From an uncultured Methanoregulaceae archaeon (lineage in GTDB: Archaea > Halobacteriota > Methanomicrobia > Methanomicrobiales > Methanospirillaceae), in the NCBI GenBank assembly GCA_963717525.1, contig OY970343.1, forward strand, positions 2,224,004 to 2,288,003: a stretch of DNA of 64,000 nucleotides, given 5' to 3'. The position numbers and the translations under genes were made by a program. The notes under the pieces were generated by a model, which was not told the DNA's origin, searched no databases, and saw nothing but the letters and a program-made list of their open reading frames with translations. Every line of letters starts with the position of its first letter. Position 1 is the first letter of the stretch. This document shows, piece after piece, positions 47,704 through 59,204 of this stretch.

Positions 47704-48988
47704 ATGTGGAGCGCGATTGATGTCAAAACCTGGGTCTCGCGGCGCACGTCCCGTCTGGATGAAGTGCACGGCCCGGTCCAGGAGATTATAGAGAAGGTGA
47801 GAACAGGGGGGGATGCGGCCTTAATCGAGCTCACCGAAAAATTCGATAAGGTGCACCTGGACACCATCGCCATCGATGAGGATACCCGGGAGGCGGCCTA
47901 CGAGGCAGTCGATGCACGGGTTACCGAGTGTCTCGTGGAAGCTCGAGGTACGGATCAGCAGGTTCCACGAACTCCAGCTCCCCCGGGGTCTCTGGCTTTC
48001 CGAGGTCGAGCCCGGCATCACCCTTGGCGTGAAGACCACCCCGCTCTCCCGGGTCGGGGCGTACGTGCCCGGGGGCCGTGCCGCGTACCCCTCAACCGCC
48101 CTCATGTGCACGATTCCTGCACGGATAGCCGGCGTTCCTGAGATCTGCTGCTGCTCCCCGCCGCCTATCCAGCCGCTCACCCTCGTCGCGCTCGATATTG
48201 CCGGGGTAAAGGAGATCTACCAGTGTGGGGGGGCACAGGCGATTGCTGCAATGGCTCTTGGGACCGAGACCATTGCGCCGGTAGACAAGATCGTCGGACC
48301 GGGGAACGTGTATGTCACCGCGGCGAAGATGATGCTGCGGGAGTTTGTCGAGATCGATTTTCCCGCAGGGCCAAGCGAGATCGCCGTTATCGCGGACGAA
48401 AGCGCTGTTCCAGCGTATGTCGCGGCTGACATCCTCGCACAGGCTGAGCACGACCCGCATGCGGCATGCCTCCTGATCACCACCTCTGCCGCCCTTGCCG
48501 ACCGGGTGGGTGCCGAGATTAAAAAGCAGGCCGAACACGCCCCGCGTAAGGAGATCATGGCCCAGGCACTTAAAAACTCGGGGTACATCATCGCGGGCGA
48601 TCTTGACGGAGCGGTTGCGATCTCGAACATTGTCGCACCCGAGCACCTCTCCCTTCAGGTTGCCGATCCCCTCCCGGTCCTTGGCGGCATACAGAACGCA
48701 GGTGCGATCTTTGTCGGGCCGTACACGCCGGTCGCCTGCGGGGATTATGCCTCGGGCACCAACCACGTGCTCCCGACGGCAGGGTACGCCCGGCAATATT
48801 CTGGCCTCGATGTGCACCACTTCTGTAAGACCTCTTCGGTTCAGGTTCTCACAAAAGACGGCCTTGAAAGTATCGGTGAGATCATCGAAACCCTTGCCAC
48901 CGCCGAAGGGCTTGCTGCCCACGCACGATCCGTGAGTGTGCGGCTTCAGGGAGCCCAAAAGGGCCGGAAGAACAATTCCGGCTGCTGA
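47704..48988 (+). CDS. hisD: Histidinol dehydrogenase (frameshift near 47944)
   Basis: YVPGGRAAYPST, KIVGPGNVYVTAAK, AGPSE, QAEHDP, APEHL, GDYASGTNHVLPT. Confidence 0.95.
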
Positions 48989-49209
48989 AGGGAATAACTG
49001 TTTTTTTCCGGTGGGCCCGTCACATTTTTCTTATGCGTTTTTCCGCCGGCGGATCATGCAGGAGCCGGCAATGATGGTGACCGTCTGTGCCCCGGCGCCG
49101 GGATACATGCCATGAAAAAGAGGAGGGATAGTGCAGCCAGAAGACAGAATCGCCCGTGCATGCTGGTACCCTTCTTTCCGGAACGATAAAACGGTAGCAC
49201 AACAATCTT

Positions 49210-50512
49210 TTAAAATTCCACGACCATAACCGCTTCTTCTTCTGCTTTGAGCTCCCCTTTCAGGTGCCCGGTATCGAACTCGTAGGCGTCGGATGGGTTG
49301 TAGTCCTCGTAAATCTCGCACTTGTCCAGCACATCGATGAATTCCTTGAGGAAGATCCTCGGGATCACGTCCACCCGGCCGCCAAACCGGCCGGTGAGCT
49401 TCTTGATCATGACCCGGATAAACCGGTGGGAGATCCGCTCCCGGTCCACCTCCCGGTAAGCCTGAGAGTACACCTCGATCACTTTGAGGGCCACCAGTTC
49501 GAGCTTGCCCGTGTCGAACCGGGAGAGGTGGATCTGGGGCTGGCGGGGATTTTTGTAAGCGTCTGTTCCAGCAACGCTGATCCGGTCATAGAGCGGGGTT
49601 GCCGATCGCACGCCCCGCGAACTGTCAAAAAAGGCAGGGGTACCGGTGAACAGGAAGTAACAGTGTGGCATCCTTCCAGCGTCGAGCGCATCAATTATCC
49701 TGGCGAGCGTCTGGTAACTTCTCTCCCGCTGGTTCCGCTGGAGCCCCTGCGTGGTCTCCAGTTCATCGATCGCGATGGCAAGCCCCCGGTATCCCGCACC
49801 ATGGATGATCTCGACAAGCCCCAGGAGGAAGGAGAACGCTGCGTTGTCATCAACCTCACCCTTGATCCCCGCCTTTTGCTTGAAGTCGCGCCCGATGGTA
49901 GACTCAGCCGCGATCCAGCCGATGGCTGCCTGCGCTATCGGGAAATCCCCGGCGTTGTTGGCCCGGTAGGTACGTGCGCAGCGCCGCGGCAAGGCCGGTG
50001 CTGGTCTCGCTGATGCCGGCCAATGCCGATTCGATCTCTTTTTCCGCGGCCGCTTCGAGCAGCGAGTCTCCCACCCCACCCCGGCCTGTCGAGATCAGCC
50101 GCTCCTCGATAGCAAAGATCCAGTTGTCAACAATCGTCTTGAGTGCGTGATCCGCCTCGCTTGTCTTGAGGTTGGCGCAGATCTGCTGGTAGAGTGCTTT
50201 TGGTTTCGAGAGCGGGGATGCGGGGGAGACAAAGATGTGGGCGGTGGCAAAGCCCTTGCTTCCGGCAATCTCGAGGGCCCTAGCGACAAAAAAAGTCTTG
50301 CCGCTCCCGAAATCTCCCCTGATGAACTTGAGGTCGCCGCCTCCATCAGCGACAAAATCCAGTTGCCTGCTGATCACGCCCTCTTCCATGTCAAGCCCGA
50401 CCACGATCCGTTCCAGACCAACCGCGGGAACAGTTCCTCTCCTGAGTGCGTTTATGATGTTGAGGCTTTCATGCCGGCTCCGTTCCTTTTGGTCAGGGTC
50501 CGCAGTATTCAT
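49210..50512 (-). CDS. DUF2791 / BrxD-type P-loop ATPase (frameshift near 49970)
   Basis: IINALRRGTVPAVGL, Walker A RGDFGSGKTFF, Walker B IAIDELET, LFTGTP, PRIFLKEFIDVLD. Confidence 0.85.
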
Positions 50513-52307
50513 AGACCTCCCCCTCCGTACTCATACCTTTTTTCTCTATGAGCATAACCCCCTGTGCTTTAGCCTTACGGATCAGGATGTTTATGATCCC
50601 GGCAACCCGGCGGGTGTCGAGCAGCCGGCGCAGGTCGGTCTCACTTGCCCGTTTGTGCATGGCAAGGAACGTCACGATCTTCTGCTCGGGATCTGAGAGT
50701 GCCATGCGGTCCATCATCTCCTGTATGGTCTGCCCGGATCCCGCCGTCTTTTCCGGGAGAGCCGGGGTTATGACAGGAATAAACGTCAGCATCAGCTCCT
50801 TGGTGCGGTTTATCAGGGTGAGGAAATCCTCCGCATGGCAGGTAAGGGAATACGCGGGCAGCACATCGATGCCGCAGAGACAGTTGTACATGCACGCCGC
50901 ATAGTCGTCTCGCGAGAGTGCATCGGCGGCTTCGCACCGGTATGCTGCTGCAAGGCATTCGCGGTCATTAGAACTGAGTGTCTGCCGCCGCTCCTCAAGG
51001 CGCCGGATCAGCTGCCGGGTGAGGCGTCTCATCCGTTGCAAGGCAGCATTGTTTTCTGTAACGGCAGCAGCAACTTTGCTGAGATCAGCGGGTTTCCTGA
51101 CATTTGCGAGGATATGGAGCAGCACTTTCTCGCACTCCCGGTCGTCACCACCGGTAGCAAGGAACTCCGCGTAGGGAAGGCCGCCGTTCAGGTAATCGGC
51201 GCGGTATGCCCGGTAATACCAGGATTTTGCCTCATCGGTCTCCCCCAGTTCACGGTACATCCGGGCGGTCTCTTCGAGGCAGACCACGTTTGTATCGCCC
51301 GGGACAAAGGAAAGGAACCGTTTCCGGGCATCTTCTGGCTGGAACTGCTGACTGATATACCTGAGGTACGACCGGAGGACCTGCCGGAGAGCCTCCGGTA
51401 CAGCAGGAGCTTCCAGTTCATCCCTCACGAGAGTTTCGTATTCTTTAAGGGCATTTGCATGATCGCCCAGCGCTGCAGAAAGTTCGCACGCGAGAAGCCG
51501 GTACCGGGGGTGGCTATCGAGTGCGATCAGTTTTTTTACTGTGGCAAGCGCCCGGAGACACTCTCCCCGTTCCCGCAAAAGAAGCGTGTAATCCAGATAG
51601 ATCCCGGGATCCGGAACCTCCTTAAGTGACGATGCATAGGCAGCGGGAGCGGCAGCAGCATCCGCATGGGCATGTGCGGCAAGGTATACCCTGAGGATCC
51701 CGGGGTCACGGGTCTCATTATACAGCCCCCGGGCCTCGTCAGCTGCCTCGCGGTACCTCCCGGCTGCGCAGAGTGCCTCGGCATATTCACGGCTCGTTAC
51801 CCTGCCGGCTCGCTCGGACGTATAAAGGGCGCAGGCTTCATCTGCACGCCCCGATCGGGTGAGTGCCGCAGTCAGGTGCCGCAGATCGTCAGGCCGTTTC
51901 CCGGATGTCCAGAGATGTTTTAAGGCCGGGAGAGCCCCCCTCTCGTCATTTCGCGCGACCAGACCGGCCGCGTAGCTGCGCAACGCATCCTGATTTGCAG
52001 GGTCGAGACGGACCGCCGCCGCGTACTCGGCGATTGCATTATCGTCTCCTTCTTGTTCGAGTACCTTTGCAAGGTAACTGTGGATATGGGACGAGTCCGG
52101 CATCCTCCGTGCAAGATCCCGGAAGTGGACCTCCGCATCCTCGAGTTTTCCCAGGGAGAAGAGGTTGGTGGCGGCGAGGATCTCAAGGGCCGTGTCCCGT
52201 GCCGTTTCCAGCAGCCGGGTGCACAGAGCGAGGGATTCTGCATACAGCCCTGCGTTGTACAGTGCTAATGCCTCCTTCTTTTCCTCTTCAGCAGGTGCCG
52301 GGGTCAT
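50493..52307 (-). CDS. TPR-repeat protein with C-terminal winged-helix-like domain
   Basis: TPR motifs (AIAEYAAAVRLDPAN); C-terminal LSDPEQKIVTFLAMHKRASETDLRRLL; overlaps ATPase start. Confidence 0.8.
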   Translation of the reverse strand: MTPAPAEEEKKEALALYNAGLYAESLALCTRLLETARDTALEILAATNLFSLGKLEDAEVHFRDLARRMPDSSHIHSYLAKVLEQEGDDNAIAEYAAAVRLDPANQDALRSYAAGLVARNDERGALPALKHLWTSGKRPDDLRHLTAALTRSGRADEACALYTSERAGRVTSREYAEALCAAGRYREAADEARGLYNETRDPGILRVYLAAHAHADAAAAPAAYASSLKEVPDPGIYLDYTLLLRERGECLRALATVKKLIALDSHPRYRLLACELSAALGDHANALKEYETLVRDELEAPAVPEALRQVLRSYLRYISQQFQPEDARKRFLSFVPGDTNVVCLEETARMYRELGETDEAKSWYYRAYRADYLNGGLPYAEFLATGGDDRECEKVLLHILANVRKPADLSKVAAAVTENNAALQRMRRLTRQLIRRLEERRQTLSSNDRECLAAAYRCEAADALSRDDYAACMYNCLCGIDVLPAYSLTCHAEDFLTLINRTKELMLTFIPVITPALPEKTAGSGQTIQEMMDRMALSDPEQKIVTFLAMHKRASETDLRRLLDTRRVAGIINILIRKAKAQGVMLIEKKGMSTEGEVYEYCGP

Positions 52308-53011
52308 GGCTTGTCCGGGCGGAACCGCACCCGGAGGAGACCGGCGAGCATCCGCAGCATATCCCCTCTCCTGACCCGGGAATCCCCCTTGTTCTGCCAT
52401 TCGACAGGAACCTCCTCGATTTGGTATCCGGCCCGCGAGAGTCTCCAGAGCAGTTCGACATCGAACTCAAAACCCTGCGCAATGAGGTGAGGCAGTACAG
52501 CATCAACCGCGGCTTTTTTAAAGACTTTTGCGCCGCACTGGGTGTCGTGGAAGGAGAGCCCGAACAGGAGCCGGATGATCAGGTTGAACCCCCGGCTTTC
52601 CAGCCGGCGCCTCCAGTCCTGCCGGATCGCAGGAGTGGAACCCGGTACCCACCGGGAACCGATGACGACATCATACGAGGAGAGATGTGAAAAGAGCCGA
52701 CACATCTCGTCGATCTCCGTGGAGCCGTCTGCATCCACGTACCCTACGAGCGGCGCCCGTGCCGCGGCAAGCCCCGCTCTGACGCCCCCTCCTTTCCCGA
52801 GGCGGACAGGAAAGCGCAGGCAGCGGATGGAGAGATCAGGTATGTTCTTTGCCAGGGTCTCAACCACATCTGCGGTTCGGTCATCTCCGTCGCAGACGAC
52901 AATGATCTCTCCGTCGAACTGCCTGATGGACGCAAAGAGGCCGGCAATCCGGTTTTCCTCATTGTAGGCAGGGATGACCAGGCTGTATCTTGGTTCTGGA
53001 ACGGGCGACAT
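52304..53011 (-). CDS. GT2 dolichyl-phosphate glycosyltransferase
   Basis: SLVIPAYNEE, GKGGGV, VDADGS, DTQCGAKVF, FEFDVELL. Confidence 0.92.
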   Translation of the reverse strand: MSPVPEPRYSLVIPAYNEENRIAGLFASIRQFDGEIIVVCDGDDRTADVVETLAKNIPDLSIRCLRFPVRLGKGGGVRAGLAAARAPLVGYVDADGSTEIDEMCRLFSHLSSYDVVIGSRWVPGSTPAIRQDWRRRLESRGFNLIIRLLFGLSFHDTQCGAKVFKKAAVDAVLPHLIAQGFEFDVELLWRLSRAGYQIEEVPVEWQNKGDSRVRRGDMLRMLAGLLRVRFRPDKP

Positions 53012-53104
53012 GACAGGCAGTTACTTGGCACCTGCAGGTGCGAAAATACCGGCGGCCCTGCAGCGGTGCAATCCTTTACCGGTGAGTGAAGAATGCCAAT
53101 AATA

Positions 53105-53335
53105 TTACTGGTGTTTTCCCAGGTGCCGGGCGAGTGCGGTCTTTTTATGATATTTCTCCGCAATGGCAAGTGCTGTTGCACGGAGTTCCTGGTGATCCTT
53201 AAGACAGCTCTCGGGCGGCGGGGACTTGCGCATGATAGCTGATGTATTCTCGGTCACCTGGATGAGTTCGGTTGCGATCAGCGCATTGAGCCAGATCAGG
53301 TCAGCAAGCATGCTTTTGAGTTCTGCATCTTCCAT
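53105..53335 (-). CDS. Hypothetical protein
   Basis: LADLIWLNALIATELIQVTENT; helical. Confidence 0.75.
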   Translation of the reverse strand: MEDAELKSMLADLIWLNALIATELIQVTENTSAIMRKSPPPESCLKDHQELRATALAIAEKYHKKTALARHLGKHQ

Positions 53336-53428
53336 GCTACATACTTCGTGAGTACCGGGTAATTAAGGGTAAGGTGCCCGACGGTCTTTGGCCACTAAAG
53401 GGAAAGAGAAGCACGGAACGTGGCTCCC

Positions 53429-53686
53429 CTATCTCCGCCAGCGGAAGTACGGGACCCCCTCTATTACCCGGTACTCGATCTTCTTTTCCTGGAACAGGAG
53501 TGGGGCAAGCAGCGTCAGGTCAGCGATAAAGACGTCGAGATGTTTTGTACGGTTCATCCCGGGGCCAATAAGCGCCTCCTCGATCTCATGAAGTGAGTAC
53601 GCCATGCCGGGGTGTGCCCTGAGCAGGGTCTCGATCCCGTTTGTCCCGGCGGTCCCTTTTTCAAATTCATCTGAGGAAAGAGGCAT
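53429..53686 (-). CDS. Small winged-helix-like hypothetical protein
   Basis: LRAHPGMAYSLHEIEEAL...IEYRVIEGVPYF. Confidence 0.65.
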   Translation of the reverse strand: MPLSSDEFEKGTAGTNGIETLLRAHPGMAYSLHEIEEALIGPGMNRTKHLDVFIADLTLLAPLLFQEKKIEYRVIEGVPYFRWRR

Positions 53687-53807
53687 GATCAAAAATCACC
53701 AGTCACCGATTACTGTTCCTGATTCATAAATGTTGGGAGCAGTATTTTTTTATCCGTCACGGGAACCTTAATCCCTTTTTCGTTCCAGACATCTTCCCCG
53801 GAGTATC

Positions 53808-54225
53808 ATGAGCTTATCTGGATACTATACGAAAAGACGGGAAATATGCCAACCCTTTCTTCTGCCTGGCAGGAATTGAGGTTGTCCACGCAGAGGAAGG
53901 CCTGGCAATCCTGAAAATGGCGGTCCGGCCTGATATGCTCAATGGCGTGGGCTGGCTGCAGGGCGGGATGCTCGTGGCGCTTGCCGATGAGGCAATGGCG
54001 CTTGCGCTCTATCCAATGCTCGAAAAGACCGAGGGAATAGCGACCATCTCTGAGTCCACGAGTTTTATCAAGGGCGTTCGGGACGGGGTAATCATCGCTG
54101 AGGGCCGGGTGATCCGGAAAGGGCGGCGGGTTGCGTTCTGTGAAGGGGAGGTCAGGATCGAAAATGCAGAAAAGACCATGCTCTCAAGGACAACGGCGTC
54201 TTTTGCCGTGACCGCCTGCTCGTAA
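53808..54225 (+). CDS. PaaI-family thioesterase (extra base near 53814)
   Basis: MS/YLDTIRKDGKYANPFF; NGVGWLQGGMLVALADEAM hotdog motif. Confidence 0.88.
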
Positions 54226-54248
54226 GTGAAAAAGAAAAAAAGGGTTTC

Positions 54249-54983
54249 TTACTTTTTATTTTTCTTCGTGCCGGCGTGTTTGTCCGGCTCTTCTTGTGCC
54301 TTCCCGCCCGTGGGTGCCTTTCTCGTGACAAGGTACGCGACACCCGCGGCAATAATGACCACCACGACAGCAAGGACGATCAGGGTGACCGGTGGGGCAG
54401 AAGCGGCGGCTTTCTCTGCCACGGCCAGCTTCGTAGTGGCGGCTGTATTACCGGGATCGCTCGCAAGTGCTGCCTTGTAGGCGGTTACCGCGTCCTGGTA
54501 GTTTCCCAGTTTCTGCAGAGCGTCACCCTTGTTGATCAGGGCAGTGGTAAAGTTTGCGTCGCTGGCAAGCGCCTGGTCATACGAGTTTACCGCATCGGCA
54601 TAATTTCCGAGGTTGTACTGGGCATAGCCTTTGTTATTCAGGAGGTTCTCATCGCCAGGGTACACCGCGAGGCCGGTATCAAGAGTCGCTATCGCGCCGG
54701 TATAGTTGCCCTGCTGGATTTGCGCATAGGATTTATCCTGGAATGTGGATAAGAGCACACCGTCCAGTTTAATCATTGTCGTATTCGATCCGAGTGCCTG
54801 GTCGTAGAACGCGACCGCATCAGAATAGTTTCCAGCTGCCAGTGCAAGCTCGCCATAGTTATAGTAGTCAGTGGCGATATCGTGCGTAGTGGTTACTGTC
54901 ATGTTTCCTGCCATGGCGGGAATGACGGTAACGGCACACAACAGAAGAAGTGCCAGAATTCCCAGAATCTGCCCTCGTTTCAT
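54249..54983 (-). CDS. Membrane-anchored extracellular TPR protein
   Basis: Signal peptide, TPRs (NNKGYAQYNLGNYADAV), C-terminal TM and basic tail. Confidence 0.88.
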   Translation of the reverse strand: MKRGQILGILALLLLCAVTVIPAMAGNMTVTTTHDIATDYYNYGELALAAGNYSDAVAFYDQALGSNTTMIKLDGVLLSTFQDKSYAQIQQGNYTGAIATLDTGLAVYPGDENLLNNKGYAQYNLGNYADAVNSYDQALASDANFTTALINKGDALQKLGNYQDAVTAYKAALASDPGNTAATTKLAVAEKAAASAPPVTLIVLAVVVVIIAAGVAYLVTRKAPTGGKAQEEPDKHAGTKKNKK

Positions 54984-55057
54984 GCCCGGTATATGGGTGC
55001 TGTCCTGACATCAATCTTGCTTTCATAATCCCGCTCGTCATGCCGCCGTCGGTGCAT

Positions 55058-55285
55058 TCAGTGGCGGTACCACATAAAAAGGAGAAGGAAGCTACAATAG
55101 GCCCCGGCGGCGAGCACGATGATCGTGAGAACTGAAGTATTGAGGATATTTTCCTGGAAAAGCATTTCCCCATACCCGGGAGGGAGCGTTGCCGCAAACC
55201 CGGTTGCCCCGAGAATGAGGAGGAACGCAATCCCGGCAACAATGGCGCACCTCTCAAGGAATGGTACCAGGTTCCCGGCATGCAT
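55058..55285 (-). CDS. Small 2-TM membrane protein
   Basis: Two hydrophobic segments. Confidence 0.55.
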   Translation of the reverse strand: MHAGNLVPFLERCAIVAGIAFLLILGATGFAATLPPGYGEMLFQENILNTSVLTIIVLAAGAYCSFLLLFMWYRH

Positions 55286-55449
55286 AGTGTAGAATATTTT
55301 TCCCGAACTATAAAGTTCGCCCTGTGAAGTCCGTAACGGGTTTCCCCACCCGGGTGGTTCCAAAACCCCGGGCCGTTTCTTCTATCCCGTCGTTAAGATA
55401 ATAATAATAGGGAATGCGGCTCAAATGGTAAAGCAATCGGGGAGATCAC

Positions 55450-57030
55450 GTGAAGTACATTTTTATCACCGGTGGGGTTATGAGCGGCCTGGGAAAAGGG
55501 ATCACGGCCGCTTCGGTCGGACGGATCCTGAAAAACCGGGGGTACCGGGTCACGGCCGTCAAAATCGACCCGTACCTGAATATCGATGCAGGGACGATGA
55601 ATCCTGCCCAGCATGGCGAGGTGTTTGTCTTAAAGGACGGGAGCGAGGTCGATCTCGACCTCGGCAACTACGAACGGTTCCTCGATATCGAGCTCACCGC
55701 CTCGCACAATATCACCACCGGTAAGGTGTATCGCACGGTCATCGATAAGGAGCGGCGGGGCGACTTCCTGGGCGAGACCGTCCAGATTATCCCCCATATC
55801 ACCGAACAGATCAAGACGTGCATACGGCAGGCGGCCGAAGAAGAGTTTCCTGATGGCACGAAAGCAGATTTATGCCTGGTGGAAGTGGGCGGCACGGTGG
55901 GCGACATCGAGAGCATGCCGTTTCTGGAAGCCGTCCGGCAGATGCGGGGCGAGGTCCCTGCACATGACTACATCCTGATCCATGTCACGCTCGTTCCTGA
56001 AGATGCCATGGGCGACCTGAAGACAAAACCCACTCAGCACTCGGTTAAGGCACTCCGTGAACTCGGGCTCCACGCGGATATCATTGTCGGCAGGAGCGAC
56101 CGGGTGATCGGCGCGAACACCAAGCGTAAGATCTCTGCGTTCTGCGATCTCCCCATAAATGCGGTCATATCTGCAGCCACCGCCCATGACACCTATGAAG
56201 TCCCGATGGAGATGGAAAAGGAGGGGATAGCAGATGTCCTCTCATCGATCCTCGGCCTCGACAAGAAGGAGACCGACCCCTCATGGTACCGGCTTGTCAC
56301 CAAGGAGTACACGAACCGGGTGACGGTGGCGATTATCAGCAAGTACGGCATCGAGGATGTCTATATCAGTATCAAGGAGGCGCTCAAGCACGCGGGACGG
56401 GCCCTCTCCACCGAGGTGAAGATCGCATGGCTGGATGCGGAGCGGTACGAGCGCTGCCAGCTCAAGGATTATGATGGCATCCTCATCCCCGGGGGGTTCG
56501 GGAAGCGGGGTATCGAGGGCAAGATCGAGGCAATAAAATTTGCACGCGAGAACAACGTCCCGTTTTTGGGCCTCTGCCTCGGGTTCCAGCTGGCAACCAT
56601 CGAGTTTGCACGGAACAAGTGCGGTATTGCTGATGCAACAAGCGAGGAATTCGGGGAAGGCTCGCACGTGATCGCACTCCTTCCCGAGCAGGAGAGCGTT
56701 ACGGAACTGGGCGGGACGATGCGCCTTGGTGACTACACCTCAGACATCCGGGACGGCACCCTCGCGATGAGACTCTACGGGCAGAAACAGATTGTCGAAC
56801 GTCACCGGCACCGGTACGAAGTGAACCCGCACTATATCGAAAAGCTGGAAAAGGAGGGGCTGGTCTTCTCAGCCACGAACAAGAACCGGATGGAGTGCCT
56901 TGAACTCCCCGGACACCCATTCTTCTTTGCGACGCAGTTCCACCCCGAGTTCAGGTCACGGCCGACCCGGCCCTCCCCGCCCTACCTCGGATTTGTCGAG
57001 GCATGCGGAGCGACCAAGCGGACGAAATAG
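55450..57030 (+). CDS. pyrG: CTP synthase
   Basis: [40 protein letters not shown]. Confidence 0.98.
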   Translation: MKYIFITGGVMSGLGKGITAASVGRILKNRGYRVTAVKIDPYLNIDAGTMNPAQHGEVFVLKDGSEVDLDLGNYERFLDIELTASHNITTGKVYRTVIDKERRGDFLGETVQIIPHITEQIKTCIRQAAEEEFPDGTKADLCLVEVGGTVGDIESMPFLEAVRQMRGEVPAHDYILIHVTLVPEDAMGDLKTKPTQHSVKALRELGLHADIIVGRSDRVIGANTKRKISAFCDLPINAVISAATAHDTYEVPMEMEKEGIADVLSSILGLDKKETDPSWYRLVTKEYTNRVTVAIISKYGIEDVYISIKEALKHAGRALSTEVKIAWLDAERYERCQLKDYDGILIPGGFGKRGIEGKIEAIKFARENNVPFLGLCLGFQLATIEFARNKCGIADATSEEFGEGSHVIALLPEQESVTELGGTMRLGDYTSDIRDGTLAMRLYGQKQIVERHRHRYEVNPHYIEKLEKEGLVFSATNKNRMECLELPGHPFFFATQFHPEFRSRPTRPSPPYLGFVEACGATKRTK

Positions 57031-57043
57031 GCAGGCAGCAGTC

Positions 57044-57961
57044 ATGGTAAAAACAGAGAAATTTATCCTGCAGGCAATCGAGGAGATCAAAAAAGCCGCC
57101 GGCAACGAGAAGGTTGTCGTTGCGCTTTCGGGAGGTGTCGACAGCTCGGTCTGTGCCGCGCTTGCCGCCCGGGCGCTCGGTGACCGGCTGATCCCGATCT
57201 ACATCGACACCGGCCTGATGCGGAAAGGGGAGACCGAGCGGATAAAGACGGTTTTCTCCGGCATCCGGCTCCAGGTGGTCGATGCGGGCGACGAGTTCCT
57301 TGCCGCGCTTGCCGGGATCACTGATCCCGAGAAAAAGCGTAAGGCAATCGGGGAGCGGTTCATCCGGGTCTTCGAGAGGGAGGCAAAGAAGTCTGGTGCG
57401 ACCTGCCTTTTGCAGGGAACGATCTACCCGGACCGGATCGAGAGCGAAGGGGGGATCAAAAGCCACCACAACGTCGGCGGCATGCCTCTTGAGATGGCGT
57501 TTACGAAAGTGATTGAACCTATCCGGGATCTTTACAAAGACGAAGTACGGGAAGTTGCTGGCGCGCTCGGCCTTCCTGTGGAGATCCAGCACCGGATGCC
57601 GTTTCCCGGGCCGGGCCTTGCCGTCCGTATCCTCGGCGAGGTAACAAAGGAGAAGGTCGCGGTCATCCGTGAGGCGAACGGGATAGCCGAGTCCGAGATT
57701 GTCGAGCAGTACCGGCCCTGGCAGTGCTTTGCAGCCCTCATCGGTCTTGGCACCGGGGTCAAGGGTGACAACCGGATTCACGGGTGGATCGTTGCGATCC
57801 GGGCCGTGAACTCCCGTGACGGAATGACGGCCGATCCTCTCGACATCCCGTTTGCCGATCTCACCAGAATCGGCGCGAGGATCACCGCAGAGATCCCGAG
57901 TGTTGCACGTGTGGTCTACGATATCACCCCAAAACCACCGGCGACCATCGAATATGAATAA
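57044..57961 (+). CDS. guaAB: GMP synthase, ATPPase subunit B
   Basis: [38 protein letters not shown]. Confidence 0.96.
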   Translation: MVKTEKFILQAIEEIKKAAGNEKVVVALSGGVDSSVCAALAARALGDRLIPIYIDTGLMRKGETERIKTVFSGIRLQVVDAGDEFLAALAGITDPEKKRKAIGERFIRVFEREAKKSGATCLLQGTIYPDRIESEGGIKSHHNVGGMPLEMAFTKVIEPIRDLYKDEVREVAGALGLPVEIQHRMPFPGPGLAVRILGEVTKEKVAVIREANGIAESEIVEQYRPWQCFAALIGLGTGVKGDNRIHGWIVAIRAVNSRDGMTADPLDIPFADLTRIGARITAEIPSVARVVYDITPKPPATIEYE

Positions 57962-58052
57962 TCCCCATCCCTGCGACACGCCGGGGATGCCGGGGGATGT
58001 CCCGACGTAAAAACAACAGGAAGCCCACCATAAGAAAAATCATGTGATACCC

Positions 58053-59204
58053 ATGAAAAAGAGCGATATTACCAGCCAGTACAAAGCGCTTGACGACCAG
58101 TACTTTATGCCCGCCTTCTCGCGGAACATGGCGATTGTCCGCGGCAAAGGCTCCCTTGTCTGGGATGGCACCGGGAAGGAATACATCGACTGCGTGGCAG
58201 GGATTGCCGTCTGCAGCACCGGGCACTGCCACCCGGCGGTGGTAAAAGCGATCTGCGAGCAGGCACACGAGCTCATCCACTGCTCCAACCTCTACTATAT
58301 CCCCCACCAGGGCGAGCTTGCACAAAAGATCGTGGAGATCACCGGTCTTAAGAAGGCGTTTTTCTCCAACTCCGGGGCCGAGGCAAGCGACGGGGCCCTG
58401 AAGCTTGCCCGGGTCAGGACAAAAAAGAGGAAGTTTGTTGCCTTCATGCATGGCTTCCACGGCAGGACGATCGGGTCGCTTGCGGTGACCCACAAGCCTG
58501 CTGCCCGCGAGCCGTTCGAGCCCCTCGGGCTCCCGACCACGTTTGTCGAGTACGGGAATCTCGACGCCCTGAAAAAGGCGGTCGATGGCGATACCGCAGC
58601 CGTGATTGTAGAGCCCATCCAGGGAGAAGCCGGGGTCATCATCCCGCCGGACAGTTTCCTTGAAGGGATCCGTGAGATCTGCGATGCGACCGGTACGTTC
58701 ATGATCGTCGATGAGGTCCAGACCGGTATGGGACGGACGGGTAAGTGGCTTGCGATCCAGCATACAAAGGTTGAGCCTGACATCGTGACGCTTGCAAAGG
58801 GTATTGCGAGCGGGTTTCCGATGGGCGCCCTTGTAGCCCGCGAGGGCCTGGAGTTTACAAAGGGTGAGCACGGGAGTACGTTTGCCGGGGGTCCCCTTGC
58901 CTGCGCTGCAGCACTTGCAACGATTGGTGTGCTCGAACCCCTTCTCCCTGAAGTCACCCGCAAGGGTGAGCGGTTCCGTAAGGGTCTTGCACGGTACCAC
59001 CCCCGGGTACGCGGCCTGATGATCGGTATCCCGGTCGGGGACAAGTGTCCCGATGTCCAGAAGGAATGCGCCGAGAACGGCGTGATTGTAAATTGCGCTG
59101 CGGACGGGAACCTGCGTCTTGTCCCTCCGCTCGTGATAACGGATGCTGAGATCGACCGTGCGGTGAAGGTGATCGATGGAGCGCTTGGTAAGGTCATGTT
59201 ATAA
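58053..59204 (+). CDS. argD: Acetylornithine aminotransferase
   Basis: FFSNSGAEA, GFHGRT, EPIQGEAG, DEVQTGMGRTG, TLAKGIASG. Confidence 0.92.
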   Translation: MKKSDITSQYKALDDQYFMPAFSRNMAIVRGKGSLVWDGTGKEYIDCVAGIAVCSTGHCHPAVVKAICEQAHELIHCSNLYYIPHQGELAQKIVEITGLKKAFFSNSGAEASDGALKLARVRTKKRKFVAFMHGFHGRTIGSLAVTHKPAAREPFEPLGLPTTFVEYGNLDALKKAVDGDTAAVIVEPIQGEAGVIIPPDSFLEGIREICDATGTFMIVDEVQTGMGRTGKWLAIQHTKVEPDIVTLAKGIASGFPMGALVAREGLEFTKGEHGSTFAGGPLACAAALATIGVLEPLLPEVTRKGERFRKGLARYHPRVRGLMIGIPVGDKCPDVQKECAENGVIVNCAADGNLRLVPPLVITDAEIDRAVKVIDGALGKVML

